From: Candidatus Nomurabacteria bacterium
GTDB taxonomy: Bacteria > Patescibacteriota > Minisyncoccia > Phycocordibacterales > CAIZLB01
Direction: 5' to 3'
Assembly: GCA_943356525.1 (NCBI GenBank)
Contig: CALRFG010000001.1
Span: 7,278 to 71,277 of the forward strand
DNA: 64,000 nt
Below, piece by piece: positions 57,565 through 64,000 of the stretch. Under the pieces are notes generated by a model. The model had not been told where the DNA came from and did no database searches. It saw only the letters and a program-made list of their open reading frames with translations. Position 1 is the stretch's first letter. Each line of letters opens with the position of its first letter. A program made the position numbers and the translations under genes.

Positions 57565-57591
57565 AAGTCGCACTTTCCCAAGGCGACTTTT
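57565..57591 (+). promoter_or_regulatory. nusA leader hairpin with a short U tract (candidate attenuator)
   Basis: AAGTCGC-ACTTTCCCAAG-GCGACTT-TT, about 57 nt upstream of the nusA ATG. Confidence 0.5.
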
Positions 57592-57648
57592 GTCATTAAT
57601 GTTTCAGAGATTAAATTTATTTTATCAAAATAAAAAAATAAAAAAAAC

Positions 57649-58809
57649 ATGTTTGATTTAAAAACCATAAACCTTGTAATAGAACAGTTGCAAACTGAAA
57701 AAAATATTTCCAAAGAGAAAATAATCGAAGCCATAGAAGCTTCTCTTGCAACAGCTTATAAAAAAGAATATTGCAAAAAATCACAATTTGTTAGATGTGA
57801 GTTTGATTTATCATCTGGTAAAACAGAATTCTATCAAGTCAAAACAGCTATTGACCCAGAAGATATATTAACAGATGAAGATATTGAGGAAATTAAGGAA
57901 AATAATTTAAAAAATATTGATAATGAAGTATTTTTAAATAAAATTAAATTTAACGATGATCAACATATTCTTTTGGCAACAGCTCAAAAAATTAAAAAAA
58001 ATATCAACCCAGGTGAGGAAATAGTTTTTTCATTGGAGCATAAAGATGATTTTGGTCGTATTGCTGCTCAAACCGCAAAACAAATAATCATGCAAAAAAT
58101 AAGAGAAGCTGAGAAAGTTAATCTTGTTGAAGAGTTTGGTGGTAAAACAGGGGAAATAATCTCAGGTACCGTAGAAAGAATAGATAGGGGATCAGTATTT
58201 ATAAATGTAGGAAAAGCTATAGGTGTTATGCCATATGATGAGCAAATAAAAAATGAAAAATTTAAACAAGGAGAAAGAGTTAGGGCTTATCTTGTTGATG
58301 TCGATGATTCAGGTCGTGGAGTATTTTTGAAACTTTCACGCTCACATCCTAGGTTTTTAGCAAAATTGTTTGAGTTTGAAGTTCCTGAAATAAAAACAGG
58401 TATTGTCGAAATAAAATCAGTGGCACGCGAAGCTGGAGCTAGATCAAAAGTTGCCGTTTGGAGTAATGACGAATCTATAGATCCTGTCGGAGCAATGGTT
58501 GGACAAAGAGGTACAAGAGTAAATGTTGTTATGTCTGAACTCCATGGTGAACGAATAGATATAATAGAATATGCAGAAAATATAAATGAGTTTATTGAGA
58601 GAGCACTTTCTCCAGCAAAAATATTGGGAGTTGATGTTGATCAAGATAATAAAGTTGCGCATGCGGTTGTAACAGAAGATCAGCAGTCACTTGCTATCGG
58701 TAAAGGTGGTCAAAATGTACGTCTCGCAGCAAAGCTTACAGGTTACAGGATAGACATAAAGGCAATAGCAGAAGATGAAATAGAGGAAGTTGTAGGGGGG
58801 GAAATTTAG
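57649..58809 (+). CDS. nusA: Transcription termination/antitermination factor NusA
   Basis: FGRIAAQTAKQ, FEVPEI, AREAGARSKVAV and AIGKGGQNVRLA motifs. Confidence 0.97.
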   Translation: MFDLKTINLVIEQLQTEKNISKEKIIEAIEASLATAYKKEYCKKSQFVRCEFDLSSGKTEFYQVKTAIDPEDILTDEDIEEIKENNLKNIDNEVFLNKIKFNDDQHILLATAQKIKKNINPGEEIVFSLEHKDDFGRIAAQTAKQIIMQKIREAEKVNLVEEFGGKTGEIISGTVERIDRGSVFINVGKAIGVMPYDEQIKNEKFKQGERVRAYLVDVDDSGRGVFLKLSRSHPRFLAKLFEFEVPEIKTGIVEIKSVAREAGARSKVAVWSNDESIDPVGAMVGQRGTRVNVVMSELHGERIDIIEYAENINEFIERALSPAKILGVDVDQDNKVAHAVVTEDQQSLAIGKGGQNVRLAAKLTGYRIDIKAIAEDEIEEVVGGEI

Positions 58810-58856
58810 ATTCAACAGATTCAGATAATTAATAAATAATTTAAAAAATAAAATAT

Positions 58857-59789
58857 ATGATTAAAGTTTTTGGACATAAATCACCAGACACTGATGCTAC
58901 CGTTTCCGCTATAGTATATGCTTGGTATTTAAATACTTTTACATCAACAAAAGCAGAACCTTTCATCTTAGGAGGGTTAAACAAAGAAACACAATTTGTT
59001 TTAAATAAATGGAGTACTAATGAACCTGCACTTCTCGAATCTATTGACGAAAACGATGAGGTTGTAATAGTGGATACAAACAATTCCCAAGAACTGTTTG
59101 ATAATATAAATAATGCAGACATTATACAAATAATAGACCATCATATATTAACAGGAACATTAAAATCTAAAAAACCTATCGACATACATATCAAACCTTT
59201 AGCTTCAACTGCTACAGTTATATACGATATGCTGGGTGCACATGGTGAAAATTTACCAAATGATATTGCCGGATTGATACTATCAAGTATATTATCAGAT
59301 ACGCTGGGTTTTAGATCTCCAACAACAACATCACATGATAAAAATGTTGCAAGTAAATTGGCTGAAAAACTAAATATAAATATAGAAGAATATTCTTTAG
59401 AAATGTTTAATGCTAAATCAGATATATCAGATTTTACTGATACTGGGCTTGTACATTTAGATAGTAAAAAAAGTATGGTAGGTGATAAAAATATTCGCAT
59501 ATCAGTTGTTGAGACAATGAATGTAAAAACTGTATTGGATAGACTTGCAGGAATTATAGAAGCAATGAAGAATATATTAATTGAAGAAACAGATACTGAT
59601 GCAATATTATTTTTTGTTACAGATATTCTTAATGAAGAATCAATAGTGATTGTCTACGACCAGTTTACAAAAGATTTGGTCTCAGCTTCATTTGAGGTTC
59701 GAATAGACAATAATGAAACCACTAAAGTTTTACCAGGAATTATTTCTAGAAAAAAACAAATTATTCCAATGTTAAAATTACCGAACTAA
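58857..59789 (+). CDS. ppaC: Family II Mn-dependent inorganic pyrophosphatase
   Basis: GHKSPDTD, IDHH, SDTL.FRSPTTT and SRKKQ motifs. Confidence 0.95.
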   Translation: MIKVFGHKSPDTDATVSAIVYAWYLNTFTSTKAEPFILGGLNKETQFVLNKWSTNEPALLESIDENDEVVIVDTNNSQELFDNINNADIIQIIDHHILTGTLKSKKPIDIHIKPLASTATVIYDMLGAHGENLPNDIAGLILSSILSDTLGFRSPTTTSHDKNVASKLAEKLNINIEEYSLEMFNAKSDISDFTDTGLVHLDSKKSMVGDKNIRISVVETMNVKTVLDRLAGIIEAMKNILIEETDTDAILFFVTDILNEESIVIVYDQFTKDLVSASFEVRIDNNETTKVLPGIISRKKQIIPMLKLPN

Positions 59790-59828
59790 TACTAATAAAC
59801 TTAATAAAAATAAATAATAAATAAAATT

Positions 59829-60878
59829 ATGGCAGAATATAAAATCAAAAAAACAAATACAGATAAAGATTGCGAAGTAACCCTGGAAATAGAAGTGAAG
59901 TCAGATGCTTTAAATAAGTTAAAAGATGAAGCGGTTAAAAGAATAGGTGAGTCTGTTAAGATAGATGGTTTTAGACCAGGAAATATTCCAGCTAAAGTTA
60001 TAGTTGAGAAAGTAGGAGAGTATGCGATATATGAAGAGGCTACTCGTATGTTTATAGATACTAACTTTGTTACCATTTTACAAGATGGAAAATATTTTCC
60101 AATAAATCAGCCAAATATTTCTATAACTAAATTGACACCTGGTGCTGACGCTGAAATTAAAATAGAATTTGCAGTTGCTCCAGAGATTGATGTTGCTGAT
60201 TATAAAAAGATTGCAAAAAAATATAATGAAGAAAAAACTGAAATAAAAGAAGATGTTACTGTTGCTGAGATAGATACTGTTATATTAAATCTACAAAGAG
60301 AAGTTGCTCATCATGAATATCATCAAAATCACGATGATCATGATCATTCACATGGAGAACTTGAACTTCCTGAAGTTGATGAAAATTTTGCAAAAAAAGT
60401 TGGCCCATTTCAAACTGTTGATGAGATGAAAAAAATGATAAAAGAGAATCTATCTCAAAATAAAAATCAAAGAGAAAAAGAAAAAGGTCGTATTAAACTT
60501 ATTGATGAAGTGATAGAAAAATCAAAAATAAAATATCCAGAATTTTTACTAAGATCCGAGCAATCAATCATGCTTGAAGAGTTAAAAGCTGATGTTGCTC
60601 AAAGCGGTCAACCTTTTGGAGACTATCTTAAAATGATAAATAAAACTGAGGATGATATAAAAGAGGAGAGAAAAGAGATGGCTGATAAAAGAGTGAAGAC
60701 ACAACTTGTTTTAAGTAAGATTGCAAATGTGGAAAAACTTAAAGCTGACGAATCTAATGTAAATAATCAAGTTGCTGATATATTGAAAATGCATGTGAAT
60801 GCAGATAAGGATAATGTACGTATGTTTGTGGAGAGATTTGAGCTTAATCAGCTTGTGTGGAAGATGTTGGAGGATTAG
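59829..60878 (+). CDS. tig: Trigger factor without PPIase domain
   Basis: IDGFRPGNIP ribosome-binding motif; only 349 aa, with a His-rich loop where the FKBP domain normally lies. Confidence 0.9.
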   Translation: MAEYKIKKTNTDKDCEVTLEIEVKSDALNKLKDEAVKRIGESVKIDGFRPGNIPAKVIVEKVGEYAIYEEATRMFIDTNFVTILQDGKYFPINQPNISITKLTPGADAEIKIEFAVAPEIDVADYKKIAKKYNEEKTEIKEDVTVAEIDTVILNLQREVAHHEYHQNHDDHDHSHGELELPEVDENFAKKVGPFQTVDEMKKMIKENLSQNKNQREKEKGRIKLIDEVIEKSKIKYPEFLLRSEQSIMLEELKADVAQSGQPFGDYLKMINKTEDDIKEERKEMADKRVKTQLVLSKIANVEKLKADESNVNNQVADILKMHVNADKDNVRMFVERFELNQLVWKMLED

Positions 60879-61050
60879 CTATCCCTGTTTATGTGTGCTA
60901 TACTCAACCCACAAGGGTGTTCCCACAGACTTTGAGAGAATGATAGACCTTGATTTATAACCAATTGCAGTGACTTTCATTGGAATAAATCATATAGTTA
61001 CAAAGTAGTGTTAGTCAGATTAATATAAATAAAAAATAAGAATAAACAAA

Positions 61051-61464
61051 ATGGAAGCAGAAAATACAAAAAAATTATACGTAGGTAATCTATCATGGGG
61101 AATCAATGATGATTCATTGAGAGCAGCATTTGCTGAATTCGGTGAAGTTACATCGGCACAAGTTGCTATTGATAGAATGACAGGTAGATCAAGAGGATTT
61201 GCTTTCGTAGAATTCGCAAACGCAGAAGACGCAGCTAAAGCAGTTGCGGGTCTAGATGGTCACGAATTGGACGGAAGAGAATTGAGAGTAAACATCGCTA
61301 TGCCAAAAACAGAAGGTGGTTCATCAGCTCCAAGAAGATCTTTTGGTGGAGATAGAGGTGGATACAATGGAGGTGGATCAAGAGGTGGACAAGGTGGTGG
61401 ATACTCATCAAGAGGTGGAGACTCAAGAGGTGGACAAGGTGGTGGATACTCAAGAGGATACTAA
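61051..61464 (+). CDS. RRM RNA-binding protein with Gly-rich RGG tail
   Basis: LYVGNL (RNP2) and RGFAFVEF (RNP1); 30-bp repeat at 61378-61407 and 61423-61452. Confidence 0.95.
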   Translation: MEAENTKKLYVGNLSWGINDDSLRAAFAEFGEVTSAQVAIDRMTGRSRGFAFVEFANAEDAAKAVAGLDGHELDGRELRVNIAMPKTEGGSSAPRRSFGGDRGGYNGGGSRGGQGGGYSSRGGDSRGGQGGGYSRGY

Positions 61465-61487
61465 TCTCAAACAAATCTATTTTATAG

Positions 61488-61522
61488 AAACAAAAAGCGC
61501 GACAAAACCGCGTTTTTTGTTT
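61488..61522 (+). terminator. Intrinsic terminator after the RRM gene
   Basis: AAACAAAAAGCGCG-ACAAAAC-CGCGTTTTTTGTTT. Confidence 0.85.
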
Positions 61523-61529
61523 ATTATAT

Positions 61530-62753
61530 ATGTATATGAAATTTTCTTACGTTGCAAAGAAATTGGATGAATCAACTTATAAAGGTGTTTTTATTTCAGA
61601 TTCAAAATCAGATTTATTTACTAAGATAAAACAAAGTGGAGATACTTTAGTTTCTTATAAAATTGTCACAGATGATAGACTCAAGGTCTTATGGGAAAAG
61701 TTCTTATCATCATTTTCAAAAGTAAAAATGATAGATAAAATAGTCTTCGCTCAAAATCTAGCAAACATGATTGAGGCAGGTTTATCTCTGACGCGCTCAA
61801 TATCTGTGATGGAAAAACAAAGTAAAAACAAGAAACTTAAAAATATATATCATGAAATAAATTTAGATATATCTGCTGGTAAAACTTTTCATGATGCTTT
61901 AAATAAGTGGAATACTATTTTCCCTCCTGTATTTATATCTATGGTTAAAGCAGGGGAAGAGTCTGGTAATCTTGCAAACTCTTTAAAATCAGTCGCCACT
62001 CAAATGCAAGCAACTTATAAACTTCAAAAGAAAATTAAGAGTGCGATGATCTATCCTTCAGTTATTTTTATTGTTATGATTTTAATTGGAATCATCATGA
62101 TGGTATTTGTCGTTCCTAAACTTACAGCAACTTTTGCTGACGTTAAAGCCGAACTACCTGGTTCAACAAAGTTTGTTATTTTTATGAGTAACTTTTTGAA
62201 AGATCACTATATTTTATTACCATTGGCTTTACTTGCTATAATGTTTGTTATTTATCAAGTCTTACATACAAAACAGGGTAGAAATTTATTCGATAGATTT
62301 GTTATACATTTACCTATATTTGGAACTATTATTAAAGAATCTAACTCTGCCAAAACATCCCGAACACTATCTTCCCTTATAGGTTCAGGTGTAGATCTTA
62401 TACAATCAGTTGATATAACAAGAGAAGTATTACAAAATAATCTTTATAAAGGAGTTATGTCTGAGGTTAGAATAAATGTAGAAAAAGGTAAAGCTATGTC
62501 TGAGATATTTAATAAACATGAAAATCTGTACCCTATATTTGTTTCAGAGATGGTAACCGTCGGTGAGGAAACTGGTAAGCTTTCGACTATGCTTCAAGGG
62601 GTTGCTGTTTTTTATGAAAATGAAGTAGATCAAAAAACTAAAGATTTATCAACAATTATAGAGCCAATACTTATGGTTATTATTGGTATAGCTGTGGGAT
62701 TTTTTGCCATCTCTATGATATCACCGATGTATAGTGTTATGAATAATATATAA
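61530..62753 (+). CDS. pilC: Type IV pilus platform protein PilC/GspF
   Basis: AGEESGNL, AMIYP, VGEETGKL and IIEP motifs. Confidence 0.93.
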   Translation: MYMKFSYVAKKLDESTYKGVFISDSKSDLFTKIKQSGDTLVSYKIVTDDRLKVLWEKFLSSFSKVKMIDKIVFAQNLANMIEAGLSLTRSISVMEKQSKNKKLKNIYHEINLDISAGKTFHDALNKWNTIFPPVFISMVKAGEESGNLANSLKSVATQMQATYKLQKKIKSAMIYPSVIFIVMILIGIIMMVFVVPKLTATFADVKAELPGSTKFVIFMSNFLKDHYILLPLALLAIMFVIYQVLHTKQGRNLFDRFVIHLPIFGTIIKESNSAKTSRTLSSLIGSGVDLIQSVDITREVLQNNLYKGVMSEVRINVEKGKAMSEIFNKHENLYPIFVSEMVTVGEETGKLSTMLQGVAVFYENEVDQKTKDLSTIIEPILMVIIGIAVGFFAISMISPMYSVMNNI

Positions 62754-62757
62754 AGCA

Positions 62758-63210
62758 GTGATTATAAAAACAAAAACAAAATATATATTACAAAATAAAA
62801 AAGGTTTTTCCTTAATGGAAATAATAGTATCTTTATCTTTATTGGCTATGATATCTAGTCTAATTTTCTTTTCTTTTAATTCTCTAAATAATATACAATC
62901 ACTGAATAAACAGGTTGATTTTATTAAATCATCTATTAACCAAACAAGATTAAATGCAGTTAATTCAAAAAATGTAGTAAATCAAAGTATTAGATTTTCA
63001 ACAAACTCAATTACTTATGATGATAAAATAATAAATTTGGAAAGTAATATCTCTCTAATGTCTAACAACACAGGAACTACAACTATTTATTTTTCCAGAA
63101 TATCTGGTTTTCCAAGTGCTACAGGAACTCTTGTCTATAAGCTTCATAAAGGAAGTACTGTTATAGCAACAAGTAGTATTATTATAAATAATCTAGGTAT
63201 AATAGAATAA
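62758..63210 (+). CDS. Type IV minor prepilin
   Basis: KKG|FSLME prepilin peptidase site. Confidence 0.9.
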   Translation: MIIKTKTKYILQNKKGFSLMEIIVSLSLLAMISSLIFFSFNSLNNIQSLNKQVDFIKSSINQTRLNAVNSKNVVNQSIRFSTNSITYDDKIINLESNISLMSNNTGTTTIYFSRISGFPSATGTLVYKLHKGSTVIATSSIIINNLGIIE

Positions 63211-63213
63211 GTA

Positions 63214-63696
63214 ATGAATAGAAAATTGTATCAAAAAGGAATATCGATAGTTGAAGTTGTTATAGCATCAGCAATTATATCCTTAGCTATGATTTCTATT
63301 ACAAATGTTTATGGAAATTTCTTAACCCTATCATTAGCTAATACTGAAAAAGTCCAGGCTGTATTTTTACTTGATGAAGGAGTAGAAGCTATAAAAATAA
63401 TGAGAAATTATTCATGGGCAAGTGTTGCCTCTTCAACTGAAAGTACAAACTATTATCTAACTTGGGAAAACTCACGCTGGATTTCAACAACAACTCCAAA
63501 TACTATAGATGGTAAGTTTATAAGAACATTTACTGTAGCAGATGTTTATCGAGACCCTATTACATTAAACATAGTTAATAGTGGAGGAGTTTTAAATAAT
63601 GATAGTAAGGTAATAAACTTTGACATATCATGGAATCATAAGGGTTCCATATCAAGTAAACAAATAAGTTTTTTTATATTCAATCTATATGAATAA
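63214..63696 (+). CDS. Type IV minor prepilin (PilV-like)
   Basis: QKG|ISIVE prepilin peptidase site. Confidence 0.88.
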   Translation: MNRKLYQKGISIVEVVIASAIISLAMISITNVYGNFLTLSLANTEKVQAVFLLDEGVEAIKIMRNYSWASVASSTESTNYYLTWENSRWISTTTPNTIDGKFIRTFTVADVYRDPITLNIVNSGGVLNNDSKVINFDISWNHKGSISSKQISFFIFNLYE

Positions 63697-64000
63697 AAAT
63701 TTGTATAAAAAAAATAATAAATTTGGATTTTCTATTATGGAAATAATTATTTATTTTAGTTTATTAGCCATGATTTCGACTTTGGTCACAACTAATATTA
63801 TTTCTCTATTTAAGAATTATAATATAACTAGGTCAAATCAAGAGATAGAATATAATGCAATAAATATACTAGATAAGCTAACTCGCGACACAAGAGATGC
63901 AGAAAGTATAAATATAACCGATAGTTCTTTTTCTGTTCCTCAAGGTGCTGTTTCACTACACATTACATCTTCTACAAATGATAATGCTTCAAATACCATA
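63689..64000 (+). CDS. Type IV minor prepilin (PilW-like), truncated by the window edge
   Basis: Translated by hand: MNKNLYKKNNKFG|FSIMEIIIY...; open to the window end. Confidence 0.85.
   Translation, partial: MNKNLYKKNNKFGFSIMEIIIYFSLLAMISTLVTTNIISLFKNYNITRSNQEIEYNAINILDKLTRDTRDAESINITDSSFSVPQGAVSLHITSSTNDNASNTI

Noticed and set aside
57480-57734. N-terminal extension of the second PilB ORF
   Set aside because: It overlaps nusA and its leader.
1-64000. CRISPR array, rRNA genes, transposases or stop-codon reassignment
   Set aside because: No repeat-spacer arrays or rRNA/transposase signatures were seen. Conserved genes are full length under code 11 and TGA terminates ruvC.

Overview
This AT-rich bacterial chromosomal window spans the replication origin (dnaN-oriC-dnaA / rpmH-rnpA-yidC). 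Gene content points, by inference, to Patescibacteria/CPR (Parcubacteria-like): a chromosomal PrgI/VirB4/VirB6-like/VirB2-type pilin cluster, two PilB ATPases, PilC with prepilins, a trigger factor lacking its PPIase domain, tRNA-Arg(TCG), no encoded CCA ends and mostly leaderless genes. RNA genes are tmRNA and five tRNAs. Four structures stand out. (1) Two T4SS-pilin genes are near-identical over 848 bp and then switch to unrelated C-terminal peptidoglycan-enzyme domains (3D domain versus Tlde1/L,D-transpeptidase-like), with an immunity-like gene between them; this is a candidate polymorphic pilin-displayed cell-wall effector system. (2) A tandem array of three paralogous Cys-rich surface proteins is anchored at the tsaE 3' end by direct repeats; two look like polyproteins with an internal signal peptide, and the third is switched off by a (TA)7 tract. 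(3) An integrase-free islet sits at the tmRNA 3' end, bounded by repeated tmRNA 3' ends and a highly structured element. (4) Two tRNA genes abut start codons, including a tRNA-His inside the T4SS operon. All product calls come from motif recognition by eye; no database searches were run.
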